DNA of 64,000 bases. Source: Geopsychrobacteraceae bacterium (GTDB lineage Bacteria > Desulfobacterota > Desulfuromonadia > Desulfuromonadales > Geopsychrobacteraceae). Below are positions 53,282-63,688 of this stretch, piece by piece (the first letter of the stretch is position 1; every line of letters starts with the position of its first letter). The translations under genes and the position numbers were made by a program. The stretch covers positions 2,496,001-2,560,000 of the forward strand of contig OY759353.1 of assembly GCA_963662315.1 (NCBI GenBank), read 5' to 3'. The notes beneath the pieces were generated by a model, which worked only from the letters and a program-made list of their open reading frames with translations, made no database searches and had not been told where the DNA came from.

Positions 53282-55207
53282 TTAATCGTTAGCTCTTACG
53301 ATACTCAGGTGACTACTACTCGACGCAGACCGTCTATAATCATATTCTGCTTTAATTGAATTTTTAGCTGGAGAATATTCTGGTACCAGTTTACATAAAT
53401 ACTCAAGAATGCCTGGAATATTTAAATCTTTGGCATGGGATAGCAGTACCTCAATATCTATCTTTAATTTTTCATAACTGATATCTATAGACTTTGCCAC
53501 ACATATTTTAGGGTGCTGAGTCGAGATAGTACCTTCTCCGTCAAGAAGTAATTCCTCATAAAGTTTTTCTCCTGGCCTTAACCCAGTATAGACAATACCA
53601 ATATCTTCATAAGGTTTGTAGCCAGACAGTCTTATCAACTCTTCTGCCAAATGTTTAATTTTAACCGGGTTACCCATATCAAACAGGTAGATTTCGCCTC
53701 CCTGCCCCATGCTTCCTGCCTGTAGAACCAACTGAACTGCTTCAGGAATGGTCATAAAGAACCGAGTCACTTCTGGATCAGTTACAGTTAAAGGGCCACC
53801 CTTTTTGATCTGCTCTTTAAATGTTGGAATAACGCTGCCATTACTCCCCAGTACATTACCAAAACGCGTGGTGACAAAGCTCGTTTTGCTTCTCTTATTC
53901 AGTGCCTGGACGTAAAGTTCAGCAATGCGTTTCGTAGTGCCCATAATATTTGTTGGGCGAACTGCTTTGTCTGTTGAAATCATGACAAACTTTTCAACTT
54001 TAAAATGATCAGCGGCGTCCGCAAGGATACGTGACCCACGCACATTATTATTAACACTTTCAGCAGGGTTGCGCTCCATCATCGGCACATGCTTATATGC
54101 TGCGGCATGAAAAACCACCTGAGGCATCTGTTCATCGAAAATAGCATTGACGCGGGCAGGATTACGAATGTCCCCGATAATAGGAACGATAGCTATATCG
54201 GGAAACCGTTTCAGAAGCTCCTGTTCGATAGCAAACAGTGGCGTCTCTCCATTTTCAAAAAGTATGAGCTTTTCAGGACGATAACCTGCTATCTGGCGAC
54301 ATAATTCACTTCCTATACTACCTCCCGCACCAGTAACAAGAACTCTCTTTTTAGCCAAATAATTGCGAATCTGCAGCTCATTCAAAGAAATGGGCTCTCG
54401 CCCCAGCAAATCATTCAGATCAACATCTCTGACCTGTTGAACGGAAACTTTACCGCCAATAATATCCCCCACTCCCGGCAATATTTTAACCCGTACACAG
54501 GTTTTCTGACATTTTTCAACAATGGACCGAATCTGCTTTCCGGTTGCCGAAGGGATGGCAATAATGATTTCATCCACGCGATATTTATCGACCAGCTCAG
54601 CCAACTGTTCCTGCTGACCAAGCACCTTATACCCCTGAAAAACTGCCTTTTTCTTATAGGGATCATCATCAACAAAGCCAACCAGATTATAATTAATTGC
54701 CGGGTTCTGACGAATTTCACGGGCAATCATCTGACCACCATCCCCGGCACCAACCAACAAGACATTGGTCGGCATAAGATCAAAAGTCTTTCCCATAGGA
54801 AAATAATGTTCACGGAACGCTCTGGTTATGAAGCGTATCCCGCAAATCAAAAGAAAACAAACAATCCCATCAATAATCAGGATACTTCTGGGGATATTTT
54901 CCATGCGGAAAATCACCGCAGAGGCCCCTATTAAAACAACTGAGCCAATAAGATTTGCTTTGGCGATCTGAATCAAATCAGGCATAGCAACATAGCGCCA
55001 CCAGCCTCGGCAACAACCAAGCTGCCAAAAGACAGCCATTTTTATAGGGATTGCCAGTAAAATCAGGTAGAAAATAGTTGGAAAATAATTGCGCGGAATA
55101 GAGAAATCAAAGCGCAGGCAGTAAGCCAAAAGCAAGGAACTTGTAATAATAACCGTCTTCGAAATAAACACGGTAGCTAATCGATGGCGAAACAATAAAT
55201 CTTTCAA
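53282..55207 (-). CDS. Membrane-anchored UDP-GlcNAc 4,6-dehydratase (WbpM/CapD/PglF family)
   Basis: N-terminal TM helices, TGAGGSIGSEL, HAAAYKHVP, STDKAV, MGTTK, GLRPGEKLYEEL. Confidence 0.93.
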   Translation of the reverse strand: MKDLLFRHRLATVFISKTVIITSSLLLAYCLRFDFSIPRNYFPTIFYLILLAIPIKMAVFWQLGCCRGWWRYVAMPDLIQIAKANLIGSVVLIGASAVIFRMENIPRSILIIDGIVCFLLICGIRFITRAFREHYFPMGKTFDLMPTNVLLVGAGDGGQMIAREIRQNPAINYNLVGFVDDDPYKKKAVFQGYKVLGQQEQLAELVDKYRVDEIIIAIPSATGKQIRSIVEKCQKTCVRVKILPGVGDIIGGKVSVQQVRDVDLNDLLGREPISLNELQIRNYLAKKRVLVTGAGGSIGSELCRQIAGYRPEKLILFENGETPLFAIEQELLKRFPDIAIVPIIGDIRNPARVNAIFDEQMPQVVFHAAAYKHVPMMERNPAESVNNNVRGSRILADAADHFKVEKFVMISTDKAVRPTNIMGTTKRIAELYVQALNKRSKTSFVTTRFGNVLGSNGSVIPTFKEQIKKGGPLTVTDPEVTRFFMTIPEAVQLVLQAGSMGQGGEIYLFDMGNPVKIKHLAEELIRLSGYKPYEDIGIVYTGLRPGEKLYEELLLDGEGTISTQHPKICVAKSIDISYEKLKIDIEVLLSHAKDLNIPGILEYLCKLVPEYSPAKNSIKAEYDYRRSASSSSHLSIVRAND

Positions 55208-55503
55208 AAGTATCCCCCAATCACATCACTGTGATTTACATAAAAGACAAAATAGCATTATAGCGTTTATCGCATAATTTTTCATTGAAATATTTGACAA
55301 GAGCAGAACAGACAGAGCAAAATTTACGTTATAATCCCTTATTAAGCTCTACCCCGAATTCAGACAGGCCAATCTTGGAAATTTCGAGTTTGTGTGTTCT
55401 GCCCCTATTTTATAAGATTTAATAGCATTTGGCAGACTTTAGTTGCGGTCATCTAAAAGCTGCTTGTCGCGATGCATTCGTGACTACTGCGTGAGACAGG
55501 TAT

Positions 55504-56058
55504 TCATACCTTCTTCACTCGGTCCCCTGAACCTTTCCCCGTTACAGTCTGCAGAATGTACTTAAAATAATTTTCAACGGACATACTCCGAATCATTTTT
55601 TCATCTGTTTCAGCAAGTAACTCAGGTGTCGACATGTCGATTTCGTTGACCTGCGCTAGGCCGGTAATTCCAGGCCGAACATTGAAAACCCCATGTTTTT
55701 CCCGAGCCGCGGTTAGTTCTTCCTGATTAAACAAGCCAGGACGGGGCCCGACCAAACTCATTTCCCCCTTCAGGACGTTCCAGAGTTGCGGCAATTCATC
55801 CAGCTTTGTTTTGCGTAGTAATTCGCCCAATTTTGTTATGGAAGAGGTTGAAGCGAGATGAGATGCAACAGAGGCAGTATCGATTTTCATGGTTCGGAAT
55901 TTCACAAGAACAAATGGCCGCTTATTGCGCCCGACCCGTTCCTGAAAAAAAAGAGGGGATCCGGTATCAAAAAGCCCGATAATATAAATGGCTAACAAAA
56001 AGGGCATGCCGAAGAACAAGCCCAAGAATGAAAAAGTGATATCTAAAATACGTGTCAT
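55504..56058 (-). CDS. Undecaprenyl-phosphate sugar phosphotransferase (initiating transferase)
   Basis: [37 protein letters not shown]; start MTRILD. Confidence 0.92.
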   Translation of the reverse strand: MTRILDITFSFLGLFFGMPFLLAIYIIGLFDTGSPLFFQERVGRNKRPFVLVKFRTMKIDTASVASHLASTSSITKLGELLRKTKLDELPQLWNVLKGEMSLVGPRPGLFNQEELTAAREKHGVFNVRPGITGLAQVNEIDMSTPELLAETDEKMIRSMSVENYFKYILQTVTGKGSGDRVKKV

Positions 56059-56098
56059 GCCACACCTTTTTAAAGCAATCTCAAGCTCATTTGTTACC

Positions 56099-56209
56099 CT
56101 CATTAGAGACGCAAAGATCGCTGAGACGAGCTCTACTCGTTTGATTTTAACCCAAGAAAAGGTCTTTGATTTAAGACTTTTCTCCGCGCCCTCTGCGTCT
56201 TTGCATGAG
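56099..56209. repeat. REP-like inverted repeat element
   Basis: Arms of ~28 nt around an agacgcaRag core (56099-56126 and 56181-56209) enclosing two short inner hairpins. Confidence 0.6.
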
Positions 56210-57157
56210 ATCGCCTTCCGCCATTTTCCGCAGTTGCTCATCCATCGTCACCACCGGCTTCCACCCCAACAAATCACGCGCTTTTGAGCTATCCACCTGT
56301 AGGTTTCCAAATAAGCGATCGGCGACAGCACCTTTGCCCAACAGCTTTGCGACTAAACGCATCAACCCGATGGGGACAGGTAACAAAAAAGAATTAATTC
56401 CATATGCTTTTGCGATCTTGCGCAGTAACTTGGTGGTGGAAAGGTCTTCTCCATCGGAGACCAGGAAGGTTTGGTTGGCGGCAGCTGGATGATCGATGCA
56501 GGTGATGATGAAATCGACGAGGTTGTCGAGGGCGATTAAAGAACGGATGTTGTGTGTCTTTCCCAGTGGCAGAGGCAATCCTTTTTGCAGCAAACCAATC
56601 AGTGTAGCGAAGTTGCCTTTGACTCCTGGACCGTAAACTAGGGGTGGCCTAATAATCACAACTTCCATGCCGGTTTGTTCGGCTATCAATCTTAGTCCTT
56701 CTTCGGCTTCATGTTTTGATACGCCATAGGGGTCTTCGGGATGGGCGACATTCTTTTCAGAAAAAGGATGATTCGGATAGGTCTGCTCACCATTGACTTT
56801 GATGGAGCTGATAAATATGAATCGTTTACTTCCAGCTTCAGCCGCTTGGCTAGCCAAGTTCAGAGTACCTTCTACATTTACTTTGCGGTATCCCGAGAGG
56901 GGATTGGGAACTTCATCACTCATGATGTGAGCGCGGGCAGCGGTGTGGATGACACTATCAACACCATGTAGTGCCTTTGCCCATTGAGTGTGGGGGCCAA
57001 TACCACCAACGGGGATGGCGTCTTTATCTGGCGAATGTTTGCGGATGGCACAACGATAGGTAACCCCATCAGCTTTCAGGCGATCACGTAAAGCATTTCC
57101 TATAAAGCCGGATGCACCAGTTAGCATAATTTTTTGTTTTCTTTTATCACCTACCAC
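56171..57157 (-). CDS. NAD-dependent nucleotide-sugar epimerase/4-reductase (WbpV/WbpK-like)
   Basis: TGASGFIG, ISSIKVNGE, YGVSK, RPPLVYGPGVKGNF, VSDGEDLST. Confidence 0.88.
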   Translation of the reverse strand: MVGDKRKQKIMLTGASGFIGNALRDRLKADGVTYRCAIRKHSPDKDAIPVGGIGPHTQWAKALHGVDSVIHTAARAHIMSDEVPNPLSGYRKVNVEGTLNLASQAAEAGSKRFIFISSIKVNGEQTYPNHPFSEKNVAHPEDPYGVSKHEAEEGLRLIAEQTGMEVVIIRPPLVYGPGVKGNFATLIGLLQKGLPLPLGKTHNIRSLIALDNLVDFIITCIDHPAAANQTFLVSDGEDLSTTKLLRKIAKAYGINSFLLPVPIGLMRLVAKLLGKGAVADRLFGNLQVDSSKARDLLGWKPVVTMDEQLRKMAEGDLMQRRRGRGEKS

Positions 57158-57183
57158 ATTGCCACCTATTATCTGAATTCAGA

Positions 57184-58305
57184 TCACTCAAAAAAATCAA
57201 CTAAACGCGAGTTTACTTCTGCTGCATCGAACTTCTCTCTCGCCATTTTATGACTTTCGATTCCCATGCTGACACTTAATTCTGGATTCTCGATAAACTT
57301 CTTCATTTTTTCCGCCAAATCATCAGGCGACCAAGGTTTGACAAAAAAACCATTCACGCCATCTACTACCGTCTCTCTACAGCCAGGAACATCTGTCGTA
57401 ATAATAGCGCGACCAATAGCCATAGCTTCTTGAGTGCTGCGAGGCACCCCCTCTCTATAGGAAGGTAAAACAAACACACTTGCCTGCTGTAACCACTCCT
57501 GCACATTTTCCACATGCCCTGGGTGAATTACGGTTCCCTCCCGCATCAAATGTGACAACCGAGAAGAACTCAGTCCGCCAGGGTTCTCTTCATCCAATCC
57601 GCCCAACAACACAAATTTCACCTCGGGAAAAGAATTCTTAATTATTTTTGCTGCAGCGATAAATTCATTAACACCTTTTTCAGCCAGCAATCTACCTACA
57701 AAAATGAATGATGCAGACTCTTTTGAAGGTTCAGTATATGGATAATCTTCAAGGTTTAAACCGATCCCCCCGAGTACACTAACTTGTTGTGTCTTGATGT
57801 TATATCGTTGCAACAAATCAATTGGATCATCTGGATTTAAAAAAATTATACGCTCTAAAAATGGAAATGAGATGCGATAAAGCATAACTTGAATCCGGCG
57901 AAGCAATGTAATTTTAATTCCATTCCCACTTGGATGATCTGTAAATATATACCCTAACCCTTCTAGCATTCCAATACGTCTTTTAACACCGGCAAAAACG
58001 GCTGCCAAGGTCCCAAAAATAGTCGGTTTGGAAAAATATGAAAAGACTACATCTAACTGTAAAGCCTTGAGCTTTTTAGCCAATCTATAGGTATTAGAAA
58101 GATCAGAAAATGGATTAACACCGGTACGCGCAAAAAGGTAATCCACCGGTTCTGCGCCCAAAGCCCTGATTTTCTTCTTACTTACATCATCATAATCCAA
58201 CGCAAACGCATAAACATTATGTCCTTTATTAATTAGCGCCTTTATTAGGTCAGTCCGGAAACCTAAGACGCATCCTGCCGTAGTACCAATCAGTGCAATT
58301 CTCAT
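57184..58305 (-). CDS. Glycosyltransferase family 4
   Basis: FVGRLLAEKG, PSYREGVPRSTQEAMA (EX7E). Confidence 0.92.
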   Translation of the reverse strand: MRIALIGTTAGCVLGFRTDLIKALINKGHNVYAFALDYDDVSKKKIRALGAEPVDYLFARTGVNPFSDLSNTYRLAKKLKALQLDVVFSYFSKPTIFGTLAAVFAGVKRRIGMLEGLGYIFTDHPSGNGIKITLLRRIQVMLYRISFPFLERIIFLNPDDPIDLLQRYNIKTQQVSVLGGIGLNLEDYPYTEPSKESASFIFVGRLLAEKGVNEFIAAAKIIKNSFPEVKFVLLGGLDEENPGGLSSSRLSHLMREGTVIHPGHVENVQEWLQQASVFVLPSYREGVPRSTQEAMAIGRAIITTDVPGCRETVVDGVNGFFVKPWSPDDLAEKMKKFIENPELSVSMGIESHKMAREKFDAAEVNSRLVDFFE

Positions 58306-58315
58306 CTATTCGACA

Positions 58316-58418
58316 ATACCCTTCTGATTTCTTTGCCAACGCCATGTGGTAATTCAAAAATATGGTGTGAAGAGATATATCTGGCTAAACCAATTCGTAA
58401 CCGTAAACCCAGACCGCC
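58316..58418 (-). pseudogene. Eroded galE-like remnant
   Basis: Minus strand reads TWRWQRN-[frameshift]-EGY, like the galE C-terminus SWNWQRNNPEGY; a weaker GGLG trace lies upstream. Confidence 0.45.
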
Positions 58419-58424
58419 TCATTG

Positions 58425-59576
58425 TCATCTCAAACTACTCTCAATATTCCAAACATCATGATAAGCTTTGACCATCTTCTCTAAACTGAAGTTATTGACA
58501 ATCCGCTCGCGTGCTTGTCGTTTTCTAATCGTCCAAGTAGCTTCGTCATGGAGTGATGTCAAACTGTCAAATAAAGCAGTCGCCAAGGCGTCAGCGTTTC
58601 CCGGCGCTACAATCCAACCTGTTTCACCAACAATCAAAGCTGCATCGCCTACGTCAGTCGTCACGCAAGGAGTACCGCAAGCCATAGCCTCGGCTAGCAC
58701 ATTAGGAAAAGCCTCTCCATAACTTGATGAAAGAACGTGAACATCTAGGGCATTCATTACCTTTGGAATATCATTACATTGTCCCAATAATATTATATAC
58801 TCATGCAGATTCTGGTCATCAATCCATGCAGCAAGCTCTTGGTTAGTTTCCAGAAGATTTTTACCAACCAGCACAAAACGAAAATCAAAACCAGATTGCC
58901 TCAATTTTCCTAACGCATTAATCAGATTCTTGTGATCTTTTTGCGGATCGAATCGTCCCACCATACCCATAAGAGGCATCGCCTCATCAATATTCCATTC
59001 GTTCCTTAAACACTTTCTTGCTTCATGATCGACATAAAACTTTTCCAGATCATAGCCATTTGGAATGACAATCATTTTATTGGTGGCATATCCCAGTTTT
59101 CCATGTACTTCTACCGCCTTATTGGCGCAACATACGATTTTTTCTGGCACCCAACCGGAAAGAAAAGCGCATAACCGCGCTACGTAGATGGTGGAGCGTT
59201 TCGATTTACCAGGTTCCAAAGTGGTATGGCGAATGCCCCAAAAAACACCTTTAACACCTGCAAGGCGCGCCAACACACCACCAATCAAGTCAGCATGATA
59301 CATCCAAGTTTGCACCACAGCTGGTTTCAACTCTCGCAACAATGACCATAAATGCCACAGGCCATGTGCCGTCAAACAACCTTGTGGCATATCCAGACAA
59401 TGAACTTCGACACCTGCTTTTTGCAAGAGTGGACTATATTTGCCAGCGCCCATCATAGAAATAACATAATGCTTATGTTTGGTGTCGTTGCTACACAGAC
59501 GATAAAGTACCGCCTCAGCGCCACCATCATTTAAACCTGAAATAATATGGAGTATTATTCTAGTTTCAATATTCAT
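58425..59576 (-). CDS. Glycosyltransferase family 4
   Basis: GGAE, TWMYHADL, GRFDPQKD, EAFPNVLAEAMACG. Confidence 0.92.
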   Translation of the reverse strand: MNIETRIILHIISGLNDGGAEAVLYRLCSNDTKHKHYVISMMGAGKYSPLLQKAGVEVHCLDMPQGCLTAHGLWHLWSLLRELKPAVVQTWMYHADLIGGVLARLAGVKGVFWGIRHTTLEPGKSKRSTIYVARLCAFLSGWVPEKIVCCANKAVEVHGKLGYATNKMIVIPNGYDLEKFYVDHEARKCLRNEWNIDEAMPLMGMVGRFDPQKDHKNLINALGKLRQSGFDFRFVLVGKNLLETNQELAAWIDDQNLHEYIILLGQCNDIPKVMNALDVHVLSSSYGEAFPNVLAEAMACGTPCVTTDVGDAALIVGETGWIVAPGNADALATALFDSLTSLHDEATWTIRKRQARERIVNNFSLEKMVKAYHDVWNIESSLR

Positions 59577-60577
59577 ACAAACCCAAACCCCAACCACGGC
59601 TGCCCAAGTCTAAGAGCATAAGTCAGTACACCATAACCTATGATCATGCTAACAAAAATCATCCGATGCAAGCCAGACATTTGCAATCCAGCAAGCAGCA
59701 AAACAAATAATGAACTCTCAAAAATTCGGGCTGTTACTTCGATAAAAAAGTAGGTGCTTAAATAAAACACCAAAGAACCAATGGCAAAAGCATGTTGCCT
59801 CATAAAGTTGCGCCCCGCAGAGATCAAAACTACCAACACCATCATCCAAAAAAGAAAGCCAAGGCCACTGATTTGTGCTGTCGTAAAATCATATTGCAAG
59901 GCTTGCCTCGCTCCAAGGAATTGAGCAAGGCCAGCCAAAAACACACCAATAGCAAGACCGGAAACAGCAAACAATATATTACGAAGATCAGCCGCAAGCC
60001 GAAGTTTGGATGCAATAGTTGTTAATACCAGCAAAACTATTACAAAAAAAAATGATGCGTGAATGAATGGTGAAAGCAGCAACAAAAACCAGGATAATGT
60101 CCGTGAGTGTGAAAACCATCCAAGCAAAAAAATACTAATGGCCACCCCCTGCCGTAAATGGACAATGTGATTTTTTATTATCTGCGGTAGTAAGAGAATT
60201 AGCAATAAATACATGATATTTTTAGGGTCTGCACGACATACCAGATAGGCAACAACACTTGCAGGTACACCAACTATAATCCTAAGCGTTGTTTCAGGCT
60301 CAAATGCCAGATTCAAACCGGCATTTATTAACAACCAAACCGGCTCATTAGCCAATCCAGCCAAAACACCTTGTGACCAGTGGCCTAATAGAATTAATAA
60401 GGATTGATCAGCATAAATTAGATAGTTTGCACGATCTTTAAATACTTCTAGAGGTAAAGCAGCTAAAGCTGAGCCGTAAACTAAAGCTATCAACAAAATA
60501 GCCCCCAAATACAAACGGCTAGACTGTTTAGAATTTACAGCTAATGGCAATGAAGATATCGACTTTTTATAATACAC
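59573..60577 (-). CDS. Putative Wzy/EpsG-like polysaccharide polymerase
   Basis: Many TM helices, DRANY, EP, LRQGVA and IHAS motifs of EpsG type; polysaccharide-locus context. Confidence 0.75.
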   Translation of the reverse strand: MYYKKSISSLPLAVNSKQSSRLYLGAILLIALVYGSALAALPLEVFKDRANYLIYADQSLLILLGHWSQGVLAGLANEPVWLLINAGLNLAFEPETTLRIIVGVPASVVAYLVCRADPKNIMYLLLILLLPQIIKNHIVHLRQGVAISIFLLGWFSHSRTLSWFLLLLSPFIHASFFFVIVLLVLTTIASKLRLAADLRNILFAVSGLAIGVFLAGLAQFLGARQALQYDFTTAQISGLGFLFWMMVLVVLISAGRNFMRQHAFAIGSLVFYLSTYFFIEVTARIFESSLFVLLLAGLQMSGLHRMIFVSMIIGYGVLTYALRLGQPWLGFGFV

Positions 60578-60702
60578 TATTTACCCACAATCCTTCAGGT
60601 GTGTACAAATTAAAGGCGGTGCGATCAACACTCCTCGCACCGTTATTAACCAACCTCTCCCACCCAAAAACAGAGCATGAAAACTTTCGTTCTATACATT
60701 TA

Positions 60703-61806
60703 TCAGCTAGGAAAAAGGAGACTTAAGTACCCCTCTGAGGCTCTATCGACACTAAAATCAGCAGCACGCTTTACAACGTCAGGGGGATCTGGCGCGTCCA
60801 AAATCTGTGCCATTGCTTGAGCCATGGCATCCACATCACCCACAGGGACTAGCCGTCCCCATTTGCCGTTTTCCAATATCTCTGCTGGTCCACTGATACA
60901 ATCTGTACTAATCACGGGGATACCACAAATCATAGCTTCTACTAACACATTACCAAATCCTTCAAAAACAGAGGAAAGCACAAATCCAGCGCTCTGTCGC
61001 ATCCAGGCAAAGGGATTTTCACAAAATCCCGGCATGGCAACGTCATCAGTCAACCCAAGTTCAGCGATTAGTTTTAGCAAGTCTGACCGAAGCTCTCCCT
61101 CTCCTAGGATCACAAGTCGCACGGGACGATGCGCTCGCAGTTGTGAGAAAGCGCAAATTAATGTTGCAAAATCCTTTTGCGCCGTCAGACGTCCCATTCC
61201 TAGCAATACAGGCGGTTCGTTTGGGTTAAACCATGGGTGATGAAAATCCTGATTTGCCTGCTGCAGGACAATATCTGAATTAATGGGATTATAGACAACA
61301 TCAATCTGTTCCCGAGGCAGTCCGATTGTTACCGCAACATCATCAGCGACGCCAGAAGAAACCGAGATGACACTATCTGCCCATGGAAAGGACCAACGCA
61401 TAAAAGTTGTTATCCAACGGTTACGCTTTAAGTTGGTATGCGCAAGAGACAATGATAACGGGTTATGGACACTAACTACCAATCGTGTTTTCACACCTGC
61501 CAAACGTTTAGCCAACAGAGCAATAACATTGGCATGGTTAAGCGCAGCAAGCATGCCATCTGGCCGCGCTCGCCGCAAATAAAACACCAATGCGGGTAAA
61601 CTCTTAACCACACGTGAAGCACAAAGATTGACCACATTTACTCTCTTGGATACATCCTTTAAATATGGTCCTTCTGCTTGAGCTAGAACCAGATCTATCC
61701 TGTATCCACGTTCTGCAAATGAATTAGCCAACGCCACCATAATACGTTCAGCACCACCTCCGCGAAGAGAAGGAAGATATATAGCGATATGTTTTGTAGA
61801 ATTCAT
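60703..61806 (-). CDS. Glycosyltransferase family 4
   Basis: GGGAER, GRLTAQKD, EGFGNVLVEAM. Confidence 0.92.
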   Translation of the reverse strand: MNSTKHIAIYLPSLRGGGAERIMVALANSFAERGYRIDLVLAQAEGPYLKDVSKRVNVVNLCASRVVKSLPALVFYLRRARPDGMLAALNHANVIALLAKRLAGVKTRLVVSVHNPLSLSLAHTNLKRNRWITTFMRWSFPWADSVISVSSGVADDVAVTIGLPREQIDVVYNPINSDIVLQQANQDFHHPWFNPNEPPVLLGMGRLTAQKDFATLICAFSQLRAHRPVRLVILGEGELRSDLLKLIAELGLTDDVAMPGFCENPFAWMRQSAGFVLSSVFEGFGNVLVEAMICGIPVISTDCISGPAEILENGKWGRLVPVGDVDAMAQAMAQILDAPDPPDVVKRAADFSVDRASEGYLSLLFPS

Positions 61807-61855
61807 AAGAAAAACCTGCCTATTCGCTGATCAAAACCAATATTCACCAAACCCG

Positions 61856-63094
61856 CTAATTTTCTTTATCGATGTTCCGCGCCTTAGCAAGGGTAGAAAT
61901 ATTCTGCAATTTTTTTAAAAATGATACAGTTAATCTCTTCTTCTTATTAGTCGCATGGCTTTCAGGACCTGAAAAATCAACTTCTTTCATTTTGTCAAAA
62001 CAATCTCTAGCGATATTGTTCCACTTTCCCTCGCCAAAATACTTGGCAGCTGCGGCTAATGAATTGAATACCCACGCATCGGACCTAACCATATAAACCC
62101 TTGGTTTCACGTAGGAACCATCGCGTTGAAGGATAGCTTCAAATGTTTTTCCGTTCCATGCATTATTCAAAATCCAATTAAGAACATCACTGGCCACTTC
62201 GCGATATTGCTCTCTACGATTCACAACTACATTGGAAGCCTCAAGCATGCCTGAAAGAACTGACGAAAGTCCCCAAAGATGAATTTGATTTTTAAAAAAC
62301 CTTGGATCGTTTGTGTAGGGGACAACAGAGAACTGTTTGTGAAGTGAATAAATATAATCACAAGCATCCTGAATTAATCCCAATTGGACCTTATGGGGGA
62401 AGCTTTGCTGTGCAAGTGAATGCACTTCAACTTGTTGCATCTGATGATAATTGTCAATTTTTATTCGTCTTAACTCATCCCAATCTTTGCGGGACTGGTC
62501 ACAGTAATACCAAAACCGACCCGGCATTTCATCATTCTTCTCTAATACACTATTGAGATAATTAATCATGCCGTGGTATATTTTTTTCAATTCTATATCT
62601 CCACCAAACTGCCCGAGATAACACCCTAGAGCACCACAAGCAAACGATGTCCCATTGTAAATCATTACTTCATTGATCGTATAAGGACTATACGGAATAG
62701 CAATCTTTCCACAGCCACAATCCAGAGAATGTTTCCGTATCCACTCAACAGCATGAAATGCCGGGTCCTTAACCTTTTCTTTGCCAAAAAGTCGCGCAAA
62801 TTCGGTTAGAGCAATAAGGGCAACAAGTTCAGGAGAAGTACTCTGTCCCTTTTTATGAAGTCTCCCAAAGTTAAAATCATACCCTATATCAAACCCGCCA
62901 TCCGATTTTTGAATGCTTAGAAGAATGTCGAGAACATAATGAGCTTGTTCTTTCCAATACTTTTCTCTTGTTGCCTCCCACAACCGGCAACAACCAAGTA
63001 AAGCTTCATAGATCGTTTGGCTACAATATTTTACCTTTGGGGGTGAAAGTACTGATTTGTAAGCAATGTCGCGCAATATTTCTTTTATATTCAT
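61856..63094 (-). CDS. Hypothetical helical-repeat protein (possible alpha/alpha barrel) in the polysaccharide locus
   Basis: 412-aa ORF; QKSDGGF, WYY...IDNYH and repeated aromatic helical segments; no certain function. Confidence 0.6.
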   Translation of the reverse strand: MNIKEILRDIAYKSVLSPPKVKYCSQTIYEALLGCCRLWEATREKYWKEQAHYVLDILLSIQKSDGGFDIGYDFNFGRLHKKGQSTSPELVALIALTEFARLFGKEKVKDPAFHAVEWIRKHSLDCGCGKIAIPYSPYTINEVMIYNGTSFACGALGCYLGQFGGDIELKKIYHGMINYLNSVLEKNDEMPGRFWYYCDQSRKDWDELRRIKIDNYHQMQQVEVHSLAQQSFPHKVQLGLIQDACDYIYSLHKQFSVVPYTNDPRFFKNQIHLWGLSSVLSGMLEASNVVVNRREQYREVASDVLNWILNNAWNGKTFEAILQRDGSYVKPRVYMVRSDAWVFNSLAAAAKYFGEGKWNNIARDCFDKMKEVDFSGPESHATNKKKRLTVSFLKKLQNISTLAKARNIDKEN

Positions 63095-63112
63095 CGTACC
63101 CTCTAAATGTAA

Positions 63113-63688
63113 TTACGACTCCAATGAAGAGGTTTTCCCAATAATTCTAGCAGGAACACCACCAGCAATTGATCCATCAGAAATATCTCTAGTTACAACA
63201 GCTCCAGAAGCAAGCAGACAAGATCTGCCTACTGTTACTCCTGCCGTTACAGTTACGCCGCTCGCAATCCAAGTTCCGCTACCAATCTTTATTCTCCCAC
63301 CTGCACCTTTTCCAAATCTTGCACTTCCATTTTCAAAAGTATGATTACTACTAATAATACTTACAAACGGACCAACCATAACTTCATTTTCAAAATACAC
63401 CCCTCCCCTGAGGCCGCTAACCCATGATCCATGTCCGATATACACATCATTTTCTACTTGTATGCCGCTAAGATGTTCTAATTTGGCATGCAAACCAACC
63501 TGAAAGTTTCGACCGCATTTTTTGAGAAACGGTTTATAAAGCATCCCTCGAATCTTACAACCCCAAGTATTCTCTGGAAAAATTTGACCTATGATTTCTA
63601 AAAATCTAAGGGGAAAACCTGAAATTAATGAAAAAATTATTTTAAACATAATACTTGGACCTTCCACATAAGTTTTAATCCACTTCAA
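63113..63688 (-). CDS. Hexapeptide-repeat (LbH) O-acyltransferase
   Basis: IGSGTWIASGVTVTAGVTVG...GAVVTRD...GGVPARII; TTG start with AGGAG upstream. Confidence 0.9.
   Translation of the reverse strand: MKWIKTYVEGPSIMFKIIFSLISGFPLRFLEIIGQIFPENTWGCKIRGMLYKPFLKKCGRNFQVGLHAKLEHLSGIQVENDVYIGHGSWVSGLRGGVYFENEVMVGPFVSIISSNHTFENGSARFGKGAGGRIKIGSGTWIASGVTVTAGVTVGRSCLLASGAVVTRDISDGSIAGGVPARIIGKTSSLES

Noticed and set aside
56059..56241. N-terminal extension of the sugar transferase in the ORF track
   Set aside because: It overlaps the upstream gene and the REP-like repeat; family similarity begins at MTRILD
57171..57184. Palindrome ATCTGAATTCAGAT as another copy of the heptamer motif
   Set aside because: Spacing differs from the 16-bp consensus and it lies between co-oriented genes; may be chance
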